64,000 nucleotides of DNA, taken from the human T2T-CHM13v2.0 reference genome, Homo sapiens. The translations under genes and the position numbers were made by a program. The DNA is taken from assembly GCF_009914755.1 (NCBI RefSeq), contig NC_060929.1. One strand, 5' to 3'. The number at the start of each line of letters is the position of its first letter. The stretch's first letter is position 1. Below, piece by piece: positions 44,736 to 60,489 of this stretch. The notes under the pieces are model-generated. The model had not been told where the DNA came from. It searched no databases and saw nothing but the letters and a program-made list of their open reading frames with translations.

Positions 44736-46326
44736 TTAAATTTATTTTTAAAATAGTTTTGCTTTAGTTGGCATGTCTAGAATATAGTTTTAGTTTATGC
44801 TAATCTTTCCCTTAACTAAAACTTTTATTTTTCCAACATTATGTTATTAAAATTTGTTTTTCTCTTGGCCTTTAATATTCTCATTTCTTTCCTCCTCCTT
44901 CTACTTTTATCTCTGCTGCTTTTGTCTGCCCATCGCTATCCATTTTTTTATTTCAAACTTTTACATTTAACCTGTCTTTCTAGCTTGCTAAGAGCCTTCT
45001 GAATGCTTAATTTGTTATCTATAATATTTATTATTATTTCCAACTCCATGTCTGCACAAGTTTAGTAAGGATCTTATCAAAGTTTGCAGCCAATTCATAG
45101 ATATATGGCAAAGAAGAGAGTCAGGGAAAAATCACAGAACATGTCAAAATGAGTTGAACTTGAGCCCTGTTGATGGGTCTTTGGTTATATTCATTTGCCC
45201 AATTTGCCATACTGTGTACATTTCTCCATTTTACACAACAGTATATCATGTGAGGGTTTGTCAAGCAGCTTTCTGAAAACCATTTTCATTTTCTCTGCAG
45301 CACATCCCTGAGCTTATAGTCTCATAACCATATCAAAAAAGACAATTGAACTAGCTTAGTGTGACTTGTTTAATGGCTTATATTAGTTCCTCATCATCAC
45401 CACTCTCCTTTATAGGTGTTCTAACACTGTTCTTTTATTAATAGACTCTGGGAAATTATTCAAACTGGCATCAAGATCTCTGGTTTGCAGAATATGCCTT
45501 CTTTTTGGTCTCAAAGGTTGCAAATGCCTTTGACAGTCTAATTTCTCCTATGCTACTCAACTAATTGTTAGTAGTAAAAATTCCACATTTTAATTGCCAT
45601 ATCTTTTAGTGCCTTAAAATTTAATTCGTCCAGTGCAGAATATGAAAAACAGTTTTGTCATTCTCACAATTTCTTTATTTTTGACTCAGATTCCTCTTAC
45701 TTATAGCCACTGCTACAAATTCCATTCTAGTGTAAAATATTTTCTTTAACAACAGAAAAAGAGGGCACAACATGAGTGAAATAATATTTCTTTCCTCAGT
45801 GTCATTATTAATATTTTCTCAAGGAGGGGGCTGACAGCTTTTTGGCTCCTCTTTCTCTTAGCATTGCTAAAATCACCTTTTTAAATTCTTGATTAGTTTT
45901 CATCTTTTCCTATAAATGCCAGTTTATCATTTGGGATGTGACTGATTCTTGATTATATCTTTTTCAGGTTTTATACAAAAAAATTCAGTCTGAGCTTAAC
46001 CCAGAGGTGTTGTTGTTGTTGTTGTTTGTAAAATCAGATCAGTCTCTTTACATAGTTATGATTTATGCCTTGCTTTTCCCCACCAAACATTTAAGGTGAT
46101 TATATTTCAGTACATTCCAAAATTCTTCCTCACTGAGTCATTCATAATTATGCATTCAGAATTATTTTTTTTCAAAACCTGCCAGTACTGCTCTAACACC
46201 TTCCCATTTAGAGACTTAGCAGCAATTGCTCTTCCTTTCTAAAATCCGGAAATACAATCCTGTGTGCATCTTTCTCCTATTTGCTGACAATTCTCTGATG
46301 ACATATAAATATTCCCCTAAGGTCAT

Positions 46327-47058
46327 TGATATGGTTTGGCTCTGTGTCCTGACCCAAATCTCACGTTGAATTGTGATCCTGAGTGTTGGAGGTAGAGCCT
46401 GGTGGGAGGTGATTGGCTCAGGGGAGTGGCCAATTTCTCCCTCTTGGAATGGAAGAATTTACCCAATGCCTGTACTCCCATTGTATCTTGGAGGTACCTA
46501 ACTTGTTTTTTTTTTTTTTTTTAATTTTATAGGCACATAGGTGAAAGGGTCTTGCTTTGCCTCCGATGAGGCTTTGGACTTGGACTTCTGAGTTAATTCT
46601 AGAATGAGTTAATACTCTGGGGGACTGTTGGGAAGGCATGATCGTGTTTTGAAATGTCAGAGGGATATGAGATTTGAGAGGGGCCAGGAGCAGAATGATA
46701 TGGTTTGGTTTGTGTTGCCACCCAAATCTCATGTTGAATTGGGATCCTGATCCTGAGTGTTGGAGGTGCAGCCTGGTAGGAAGTGACTGGATCATGAGAT
46801 GGTTTCTAATGGTTTAGCACATCCTCCTAGTGCTGTCTCATGATGGAGTTCTCATGAGATCTGGTTGTTTGAAACTGTGTAGCACTTCCCCTTTTGCTCT
46901 CTCTCTTTCCTGCTCTGCCATTTGAACATGTGGCAGCTTCCCCTTTCCGTCTGCCGTAACTGTGATTTCCCTGAGGCCTCCCCAGTCACGCCTCCTGTAC
47001 AGCTTGTGGAACTGTGAGCCAATTAAACTTCTTTTCTTTATAAATTACTGAGTCTCAG
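46327..47058 (+). mobile_element. MST MaLR provirus with large internal deletion
   Basis: Partial 5' LTR 46327-~46428, internal 3' end to 46695 (PPT gaggggccaggagcagaa), 3' LTR from 46696. Confidence 0.85.
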
Positions 47059-47280
47059 CTTTAGTTGAGTTCAATCTATACACACTTTTTATAACTAGTT
47101 TATATATGATCTTTTATGTCTTTCATCCCTTTGTTTTCATTTTTTAGACTTATAATATTTGGTTTGATATATTAATTAATATTCCTATTTATTCCTATTT
47201 TATTCCTACTTAGTATCCAAATATTATCAATATGCTGATATTGTATTGATAGCATCTAAATAGTATCAATAGGCTAATAT

Positions 47281-47768
47281 TGTTACCAAGCAATATTGTT
47301 ACCAAGCAATATTTGCGCATAGAAGCAAATACCATGGCACTAGATTTTGAGAATAGAGAAGATTTATTGCAAGTTGACTGGCACATAGACAAGAGGAAAC
47401 TCTCAAATCTGTCTCCCCAAGCTGAAGAATGAATTGGGATTTATAAGCAAGGTTATGGGGTGTGAGCTGATTGGATCTTGCAATGAGGTGATGCCAGGAT
47501 ACATAATCTAACAGGATCAGTCCCTAGAGCAACACAAGAAAGGACTTGATCTGATTGACTATTAGATCCTGCCATGCAGTATCCACCTCTTCATTCAGTC
47601 CCCACTCCTTGGTTTGAGCACTTGAGTTTCACCTAAGTGGTTATGTACTTGGCTCATCTGGACATGCTCAGTTCATGTGACCTTCAACCTGGGGGTTCAT
47701 AGCAACTAAAAAATAACTCACAAGTTTATTACATAAAAGTTGAGACAGATTGTTCTAGTGAAATTACA
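47281..47768 (-). mobile_element. ERV1-class LTR (MER31/MER67-like)
   Basis: tgttacc...gatttattgcaagttgac...ctcaaatctgtctcccc...gaaattaca (TG...CA termini). Confidence 0.6.
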
Positions 47769-48347
47769 ATTAAATTTCTCTTTTTAATAGCATCTTTCCC
47801 TAGTTAAAAATATATCGTAATGTTTACTTTTTCAAATTATAGAATTTTCACAGATTACTCTTTCATCTTCATTTCAATCTTTGTTATAATCATAGAATTA
47901 ACATGTGTATGCCTGTGAAAAGAATTTCTCACCACCAATCCTTTAAAATTATTTTCCCAATTTTCCTTTGGTTAAAATAAAGTCTCTTCTATAATAAATC
48001 ATCTATAATAAATTTTACCTGAACAGCTCATGAGTATAATATCCACCAAATTATTGCATGTTGAAAATAGTTTTCCATATTCTTGATTCTTAAAATGTTT
48101 GTCTTGAATTTTTAAAAAATTGTTACTCTAAACTTATAAATTATAAAGGATATCATTAAGACATTTTATACTAAACTTGTTTGGCTTTTTAATTTTTTGT
48201 TTCTTTTGACTTTTTCTTTTCTTTGATGTTTTTCGTGAACACCCAAAAGGACTTTTTTCCTCATGTCAAAGTTAAACGATAGAAAAATTATTTTTCAGAA
48301 TTGATCTTTCTAGCTAAATTTTCTAGTTAAGTACTACCTCCATTAAT

Positions 48348-48580
48348 TCCAGCCTGGACAACATGATGAAACCATGTCTCTACCGAAAATACAAAAATTA
48401 GCCAGACAGGTGATGCACACGTGTAATCCCAGCTGCTCAAGTGGCTGAGGCAGGAGAATCACTTGAACCCAGGAGGCAGAGGTTGTAGTAAGCAAAAGGC
48501 CATGCCACTGTATCTAGCTGGGACATCACAGTGAGACTGTAAAAAAAATAAAAATAAAAATAAAAATAAAAAATAAAAAA
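48348..48580 (+). mobile_element. 5'-truncated AluS
   Basis: Starts ccagcctggacaacatgatgaaacc; (AAAAAT)n tail; TSD-like acta(c/g)ctccatt. Confidence 0.85.
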
Positions 48581-51016
48581 GAACTAGCTCCATTCAAAAT
48601 GAAGTTTCTTATTTTTTTTTTATTTCTGAAACATAGTTAGAAATTCATTTAATGTTAAACGTTAGTACTATTGATAGGTGGAGCAAGATGGAAGAACAGA
48701 ACCCTCCAAACATCTCCTCTCCCCACCGTAGGAACACAAAATTGAACAACTATCCACACAAGAAAGCACCTTGATAAGAACCAAAAATCAAGTGAGTAAT
48801 CACAGTGCCTGGTTTTAACATCATTACAGGGAAAGAGAAACTGAAGACGGAAGGAAAATACTGTCTTGAATTCCCAGTGCCATCCTTCACCATCCCCCCA
48901 CAGCAGCTGTATAGTGCAGGGAGATAATCTGTGTGTTTTGGGAGAGAGAGCTTGTGAGACTGCATTGGAACTCAATACTGCCCTCTCACAGCAGAAAGCA
49001 ATACAGAGAAGAACTCAGCTTGTGCCCACAGAGAAAGTCTTTAGACCAGACCTAGACAGAGGTGACTGAAACTTAGGGCACCAGGCAGTGTGTTGAGGCC
49101 AGCATTCCAGCCTCTAGCTTCTTGATGACATTTCTAGACACACCATGGGCCAGAAGGAAACCCACTGCCTTGAATGGAAGGATCCAGTCCTGGCAGAATT
49201 CATCACCTGCTGACTAAAGAGCCCTAGGACTGTGAATAATCTGCAATGGTAGCCAGGCAGCACTCAGTGCAGGCCTTGGGTGAGACACAAGGCTGTGCTG
49301 GCTTTAGGTGTGACAGAGCATACTCCCAGCCATGTGTGCATACAGGGAAAGACTCCTTGTTGAAGAAAGAAGAAGGAAGAGTAAAGAGAACTTTGTCTTC
49401 CAGCTTGGGCATCAGCTTGCCCACAGTAGGGTAGAACATGAAGCAGGCTCCTGGGGTCCCTAATTGCAGGGCTTGTCTCCTGGAGTCCCTAATTCCAGGG
49501 CTTGGCTCCTGGGAGGCATTTCTAGATCTGCCCTGTGCCAGAAGGGAGCCCACTTCCCTGAAGGGATAACCAATGCCTAAGAGCATTCACCAAAAGCTGA
49601 CTGAGAAGCCCTTGGACATTGAAGAACACTGGTGGTAGCCAGGCAGTGCTCACAACAGGTCTGGGGCAGTGGTGGCCACAGGGAGAGATTCTGTCTGCGT
49701 GAAGAAGGAAGAGGGAAGAGTGACAAAGTCACTTGGTTGCCAGCTCAGCCACAATAGAATAGAGCACCAGGTAGATTCCTAAGGTCCCCAACTGTGGGTC
49801 TTGGCTCCTGGACAGCATTTCTGGACCTGCCTGGACCAGGGGGAGCTCACCATCCCCAAGGGAAAGACATAAGTCTGGCTGGCTTTACCATCTGCTGACT
49901 GCATAGTCCTTGGGCCTTGAATGAACACTGACAGTAGCCAGGCAGTGGGCACCGTGTTCCTTGGGTGAGACTCAGTGCTATGCTGTCTTTGAGTCTGACC
50001 CACTGCAGTCCCAGTGATGGTGACCACAGGGGTGCCTGTGTTGTCCCTAACCCACCTCCAGGTATCTCAGCATGGAAAGAGTAATCTGTTTAAGGGAAGG
50101 GAAGAAAACAAGAGTCTCTGCCTGGTAATTCAGGTAATTCTTCTGGATCTTACCCAAGACAACCAAGTTGGTACCCCCATGAGGCTTCAAGAGCCACATC
50201 ATTACTGGGCTTGGGGTGCTCCTTGATGCAGATATGGCTCCAGTAATCAAAGATTTAGATCACAATACATAATACCCTTAAATACTTGGAAAGTCTTTCC
50301 AAGAAGGATAGGCACAAACAAGCCCAGACTGCAAACACTGCAGTAAATACCAACTCTTCAATGCCCAGACATCTACAAATATCCACAAGCATCAAAAGCA
50401 TCCATGAAAACATGACCTCACCAAACAAACTAAATAAGAAACCACTGACCAATCCCAGAGTGACAGAGATGTCTGATCTTTTAGACTGATAATTCAAAAT
50501 AGCTGTTTTGAGGGCGCTCAACAAAATTCAAGATAACACAGAGAAGGAATTTAGAATCGTATCAGATAAGCTTAACAAAGAGATCGAAGTAATTTTTAAA
50601 AATTAAGCAGAAATTCTGGAGCTGAAAAATTCATTTGACACTAAAGAATACATCAGAGTCTCTATAGCAGAATTGGTCAAGCAGAAGAAAGAATTAGTAA
50701 ACTTGAAAACAGGCTATTTGAAAATACACAGTTATAGGAGACAAAAGAAAGAAGAATGAAAAAGAATAAAGAATGCCTGCAAAATATAGAAAATAAACTT
50801 AAAAGGGTAAATGTAAGAGTTATTGGCCTTAAAGAGAAGGAAAAGGGATATTGGGGTAGAAAGTTTATTCAAAGGGATGATAATAGAGAATAGAATGTAC
50901 CAAACCTAGAAAAAGATATCAATACTCAACTATAAGAAGGTTATAAGACACTAAGCAGATTTAACTAAAATTAAACATAGCACCAGAGAAAATTACTTTC
51001 ATTTAAAGGAAGACAG

Positions 51017-51410
<394 letters not shown>

Positions 51411-52908
51411 TCACTTATTAATAATAATATTGAATGTAAATGGGCTAAATTCTCCAGTCAAAAGACATAGAGTGACTCAATGAATTAAACACAAGACCCA
51501 ACAGTCTGTTGCCTACAAGAAACACACTTCAACTATAAAGACATACATACACTGAAAATAAAGGGATGGAAAAAGGTATTCCATGCAAATGGAAACCAAA
51601 AAACAGCAGGAGTAGCTATACTTATATCAGACAAAATATATTTCGAGACAAAAACTATAAACAGAGAAAAATAGGTCATTATATAATGATAAAGGAGTCA
51701 ATTCAGCAAAAGAATATAATATTTGTTATATAATATATAATAATTATATATAATATATAATAATTGTAAATATATACACATACAACATAGAAACACACAG
51801 ACATATAAGCAAACAGTTTTAGAGCTACACTATTAGCTGGAGACTTCTACACCACACTTTCAGCACTGGACATATCATCCAAAGAGAAAATCAACAAAGA
51901 AACTTGATGGCTTCAGTGCTGAATTCCACCAAACATTTAGAGAAGATACCAACTCTACTAAAACTACTCCAAAAAACAGAGGAGGAGGGAATACTTCCAG
52001 ATTCATTCTACAAGTCCAGTATTATCCTGATACCAAAATCAGACAAAGACATAATTAAAAAAAGAAAACTACAGGCCAATATACCTGATGTAACTGATGC
52101 AAAAATCTTCAGGAAAATACTAGCAAACTGAATTCAACAACACATTAAAAAGATCATTTCTCATGACCAAGTGGGATTTATCTCAGGAATGAAAGTATGG
52201 TTTTACACAAATCCATCAACATGGTATATCGTATCAATGGAATGAAGGACAAAAATCATGTGATCATTTCAACTGATGCTAAAGAAGTATTTGATAAAAA
52301 TTAAGTATCCCTTTATGATTAAAAAACTTCACAAAACTGGGTACAGAAGGAACATACCTCAACACAATAAAAGCCAGATACAACATATGCACACCTAGTA
52401 TCATACTGAATGGGGTAAAAAGAAAGCCTTTCCTCTAAGCACTGAAACAATACAAGGATGCCCACTTTCATTGCTCAACATAGTACTGGAAGTCTTAACT
52501 AGAACAATTTAACAAGAGAAAAAAATGAAGAACCACATTGGAAATGATAAAGTTAAATTATCCTTATTTTCAGATGACATGATCTTATATTTAGAAAACC
52601 CTAAAGACTCCACCAAAAACACTATTAGCACTGATAAACAAATTCAGTAAATTTGTAGAATATAAAATCAACGTACAAAAGTGTGTAGCATTTCTATATG
52701 CCAACAATGAGCAATCTGAAAAAAAAACTTAAAAAGTAATCAAATTTATAATGGCCACAAATAAAATAAAATACATGGGAATTAACATAACCAAAGAAGT
52801 GAAAGATCTCTATACTGACAACTATAAAATACAAATGAAAGAAATTGAAGAGGACAACAAAAAAAATGGAAATGACATTCTTATGGAAATAGAAAAAAAA
52901 TTCTATTA

Positions 52909-53255
<347 letters not shown>

Positions 53256-56200
53256 TAGCCAAAGTCATCCTGAGAAAAAAAGAACAAAACTGGAGGAATC
53301 ACATTACCTGACTTCTAATTATACTATATAGTTATAGGAAAACAAACAGCACAGCATAAAAACAGACACATAGACCAATGGAACAGAGTAGAGAACCCAA
53401 AAATAAATTGGCAAAGGTGCCAAGAACATACATTGGAAAAAGGACAATTTTTCCAGGAAACGGTTCTGGAAAACTGGATATCCATATGCAGAAGAATAAA
53501 ACTAGACCCTTATCTCTCACCATATAGAAAAATCAAATCAAAATGAATTAAAGGCTTAAATCTAAGATCTCAACCTATGACCACTGAAAGACAACATTGA
53601 GGAAACTCTCCAGGACATTGGTTTGGGCAAAAATTTATTGGATAATACCCCACAAGCATGGGCAACCAAAGTAAACATGAACAAATGGGAACACATCAAG
53701 TTAAGAAGCTTCTGCATAACGAAGAATATAACAAAGTGAAGAAACAACTACAGAATGGAAGAAAATATTTGCAAACTATTAATCTAGCAATGTATTAATA
53801 ACCAGAACATGTAAACAGCTCAAACAACTCAATAGGAAAAAATTAATAGTCTGATTTAAAAATGGGCAAAAGATCTGAACAGACATATCTTAGATGAAAA
53901 CATACTAATGGAAAACAGGTATATAAAAAAGATGTTCAACATCATTGATCATCAGAGAAACGCAAATCAAAACTAAAATGAAATATCATCTTACCCCAGT
54001 AAAAATGGCTTTTATCCAAAAAGCAGGCAATAATGAATTCTGACAAAAATGTGGAGAAAAGGGAATGCTTTTACCCTGTTGGTGGGAGTGTAAATTAATA
54101 ATGCTACTATCAAGAACAGTAGACAGGTCCCTCAAAATCTGAAACTAGAGCTGCCATATGATCCAGCAATCCCACTGCTAGGTATCTACCCCAAAGAAGG
54201 TAACTCAGTATATCGAAGAAATTTCTGCATTCCCACGTTTATTGCAGCACTATTCACAGTAGCCAATATGTGGAAGCAACCTAAGTGCCCATCAACAGAT
54301 GAATGAATAAGGAAAATATGGTGCATATACACAATGGAGTATATAAAGCCATAAAAAGGAGATCCTGTCATTTTCAGTATCCAGGATGGAACTAGAGATC
54401 ATTATGTTAAGGGAAATAAGCCAGGCACTGAAAGACAAATTTGCATGTTGTCATTCATTTGTGGGAGCTAAAAATTAAAATAATTGAAGTCATGGAAATA
54501 AAGAGTAGAATGATGGGTACCAGAGGCTGGGAAGGATAGTGGGTGGAGGGGGTTAATGGGTACAAAAATATATTTCGATAGAATGAGTAAGATCTACTAT
54601 TTCATAGCACAACAGGGTGACTATAGCCAAAAATAATTTATTGTACATTTAAAAATAACTAAAAGAATATAATTGGAATGCTTGTAACACAAAGGAATTA
54701 TAAATTCTTGGGATGATGGACACTGCATTTACCCTGTTGCAAACATTGCACATTGTATGTCTGTATCAAAATATTTCATGTGCCCCATAAATATATACAC
54801 CTACTGTGTATTCATAAAAATAAAAAGATGAAAATTAGTTCTTTTTACATTATGATTATTTCTATTTTTCAGAATGTCCAATCATATTTATGTTGAATCA
54901 TTTCTGCCTTCAACATCTATCACTTTATTTCTATTTTTTAAATACTTCTTTTCCTGTGTCATTTTCTTGAATCTTTTTATGCAATTCTTTGTTTTTCTTA
55001 TTGAATTCTCATCATATGCATTCATACTTTGCAATTTGTTCTTATTTTCTGAAATAATCTTTTTCTTATTCTTAAGTATCTTTCCTAAAATTTACTTGGC
55101 TTGGTTTAAATTACCCTGTATCTGCATTTGCTTTCGTATGTAAATTTTCTTGTTTTGTTATTATAATTTGCTTCATGGTTTTATATTGTATGTACGTGCA
55201 TATGTGCATGTTTGTGTATTTTCTGCTAATGATTTTTTATTCTTATTTTCATTTTTCTTATAACAACTGTGCTGTTAATGAATTTTCTGGTGGTATTTAT
55301 ATTCATTTTTAAGATTTTTAAACTAGCAGTAGCAGGGGAGCTTATGAAAGCTTTTGTAGTTTAAGAGCAGACACTTCTGTTGCTACAACAAAGCACTATT
55401 TCTTCAATGTATAGTGCTTTTCTTTTTTGCATCTCACCTTCTGCTTCTTTTATTCTATCTTGTTTTATTATGGTCATTCAACATTGCTTTCTCTATTTTA
55501 GCACTAAGCCTACAAGAAAACATTTCTCCTCTCCAAAATGTGTTTGTCATCATGAAATGGCATCTTTCTAAGACTACCACCTGTGGTCTTGCAGACTCTC
55601 CAAATTTCTAATTACCAGTACTTAACACTTTGATTCATTAGAATTCAGACCTGCTTGCAGTATTTCCATTCATGGAAAAGTCTTCTTCTTCTGGGAATAA
55701 AACGGCATTGGTGAGATACTCATTTTCACCTCTAGGATCTTCTTAATATACTATGCTCTCTTCCCTGTTGTCTTTAGCATGCATGGGAGTATAACGTGGG
55801 CTCTGTACGCATTTTTGTAAGTCTCAGATATGGTTTTCCCATTTATATGTAAATAAAAGTTACATAAATAAAATGAAAGTCCCTGTCTCCTACTAACATG
55901 AAATCATGGTCTACAGGTGATTTTATTTTCTCTTGATTTCATTTTTGAGTTTTAGGAAGATGTATTGATATATGATAATTTAGTTTGATGCTATTGTACT
56001 AGAAAATCTAGAACACTTGTTTAACTTTTAAACTTGATAAACAATAAATTTTAAGTAAATGAAAAATATAAGTATAACCCACTCTACTAAAATCATAGTA
56101 TAATTTATTCAAATGACCACAAAGGGAAGAAATTAAACACAGATAAAAGCAAGTAAACAATTAACCACACAAAAATATAGGTATCAGAAATAATTTAAAA

Positions 56201-56492
56201 ACCAAGACAGTTATTGACTAAGTTTATAACGTAGTTTGAATCACAATATATTAGATAAATATGAATTCAGAAATTAACATTTAAAATGATAACAAAACAG
56301 ATCAAACCACAAAAGATACAAGCACTATAAATTTTTTTACCAAATTAAAACAAAATATGAAAATATAAAGCAAAAATCAAGGAAGTTCAAGGGATACTCA
56401 GTAAAGTCTACAGTAGGGAAACTTAACTGACTACTTTGAGTTTAGATAATAACAGAGATAAAGTTTTTGAATAATATAATGCATTGTTCTAG

Positions 56493-56747
56493 TAAACATA
56501 TAGATCACTCTTTAAACCCTGATGACACCAAGTAAATAGTTTTAGATGACATAAAATATTCATAAAAATTGACTGAAAGTAAACCTCAATGAATCTCTTT
56601 ACGTAGAAATTATAGAACAACCAGTTTCTATCATTATGCTGATCTAGCAAAACCTGTTGGCATCTTCCCCAAACCAACCCTAGAGAAATTAGACTAAAAC
56701 ATCAAGGGAGGAAAAACTCTTGGGGAAAATGTTTGTCTTTTGAACAG
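56493..56747 (+). pseudogene. Candidate fossil exon (255 nt, phase 2-2)
   Basis: ttgttctag|T...AACAG|gtatgt; ...AKPVGIFPKPTLEKLD*NIKGGKTLGENVCLLN. Confidence 0.35.
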
Positions 56748-57899
56748 GTATGTCTTAGTGGTAGTTGCTTTAGCTTGTGGCAAGAGGCAGACAGGTATCA
56801 TTCTAGTAAGATAATATAGATTTTGTGATATTCTTTTTTATATCTAAGCCTACCTTACCTTCAAATTGTCACTGTCTAATTGTACACCTATGGCAAATCA
56901 GACCTCTGTGGTGGGTGTACACAGAAATAATATTTAAAATTTTGTGGGTTAGTTGCTGGAAGAAAAAGATGTGTGGGAACTGACCGGCTTCTCGAATTTG
57001 CTTTACAAACACTAGTCGTAGTAATATCCTGGGCTGGGGAAGAACAATCAAAGGAGTGGAGTCCTTCCCTTGGGTCTGCTTCTCACTGCAAGTGAAGGGG
57101 AAAGCCTTGAAGGAATGAGTTGTCTCCTTGGTTTGAGAATAGATTAATTGTACTGCTATCATCTGTAGATTTCTATTGTAGGACTCATTGCTACTTACCT
57201 TTAGTTTATTGAAGCTGATTCAGATAGAGGTCTGACCTTGGGACCTTTTCTTATACGCATTATTGAATACTGAGCATGGGTCTCAATATCCTCAGTGGAA
57301 ATGTAAACACACAGGCCTAAATAATCTGAATTTGAGGAGCTCACTCTATCAAATGAAAAAGAATAAATGATGCATGTCATCTGACACAGACATATTAGAA
57401 CAGATGGATCAAGGATTCAGTATAATTTATCTAATGTACTAAAAACTGAGATGATTTTAACAAAATGAAACAAAAAGAGAAATTTAAAAAAGATTTAGCT
57501 GAAAGGAATATAATAGTTGAAACAAAGAACATAACAGATAGTGTGGAAAGACAAGCCACTCTATCTCTGAGTGATGTTTGTAACTCAGTCGCAACCGTTC
57601 TTGGAAGATGTTGACTCAGCAGTCAGCTGAAACCAAGAAAAGAATGTTTTGCAGAACGGCAAGATGGTAACACAGATTGTAAATTTTAGACATTTCCAAA
57701 TATCCTGCATGATCTCTCTCTACTCTTTCTACTAATATGTCTTTCTGGAGTATAACAGTTCATAGAAAACAAACAAACAAAAAGCAGGTCCAAGGAGTCC
57801 TTTCAGTGTGATGGCAGGAGTTTAGAGAACTATATGCATTCTGTTGACCATTTTCCTCCAAACTCCTCAAATAAACTAGTTTTACTTGTGCACCTTATG

Positions 57900-59240
<1,341 letters not shown>

Positions 59241-59254
59241 ACATGTTACATCTG

Positions 59255-59725
59255 CCAGAGAGGAGAGGTTGCCTATTATGAAATGGACCACTAAGAACGG
59301 CCATAGCATGAAGGGAAATGTCAGGAAATTAATTGAAATCTGTATCACCAATGACAGAAGGCTGAGAATCGGGCATTGCTGTGCTCCTGAGTGGCCGTGT
59401 AACTATGAACAAAGGCGATCTGTAATAGAGCTGATTGTAGGCTTGGCACAAAATGGAGCATACCCTCCCATCCACACTAGCTAAGAAAGAAATATTAATA
59501 GAAATAGCATGCAAATTGATATTTGCCTCTTTTTCTCTGGTCCAAACCTTCCCCATCAGAAGGCCTAAAAGATTATGGGCAGACACAAAGGAAAAAGCCA
59601 AAAGGTCACAAAACACAAGTTTATTCATCTTCTCAAGAGGAATTTGTGAGCCCGTCAGTACTGAAATTAGGAGAAAAATCTATGTAGAATCAGATACAAC
59701 ATGCGTTTTCAATGAATATAATTAG
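59255..59725 (+). pseudogene. Candidate fossil exon region
   Basis: One frame gives QKAENRALLCS*VAV*L ... HAN*YLPLFLWSK; GC-richer unique island next to an L1 fragment. Confidence 0.28.
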
Positions 59726-60489
59726 ATTGTTAACAATTGTTAGGCAAAATTAGGTTTCCTCTTAATGATAAAATTAACCAAAATATCATGGAAACTGCTT
59801 AAAATGTTTAGTGGCAAGGGAAAGAAACTCCAACATGGCACATTTGAAAACAGTAATGGGAGAAAAATTTTCTTCAGTTAGTTATGACTTTCTATGGTAG
59901 AGAGAAGCTATGAATCTCCATCAATAATTCAGGATAAGCTTTGTCCATTATTCATGCCAAAAAATTCCTTGTAAATATTTTCGGTTTTTTAATCAAAACA
60001 TAACATTAATATTCAAGTTGATATATCTGTATTTTTATATTGGTTTAATCCCAGTGGTTACTGATCAAATTAAATTAGCAAAGAAATTAATAAAAAGTCA
60101 TAGCATACTAATATAAGCAGGAGTTTACTTTATCTCTAGGAAATATTTTCTTTGGAATTAATTTACAGAAGGTTTTATTTAAGTGAATTTAATAGTGGAA
60201 ACAAGTTCAATATCACCTAGACTGATCTAATCTTTTTTTTTTACATAAATATGTTTTGGATGAATAAAAACACAGGAATAATAATTTGATGAGTGTTGTT
60301 AATTTGGTAAAAATGTGTCTAATCACTAAAGCCAGTTTTACAGACTAAAGAAATGGACATCTGATTCATTAATTTATCTTAATGATGCTAATTGCCAGAT
60401 AAGCAATTCTGTTAATGGGATCAGTATCTATCTTGTAAAGACACGTTACAAAATTGAATTGGCATTCCATGGTGTGGCATAGAATTCAT

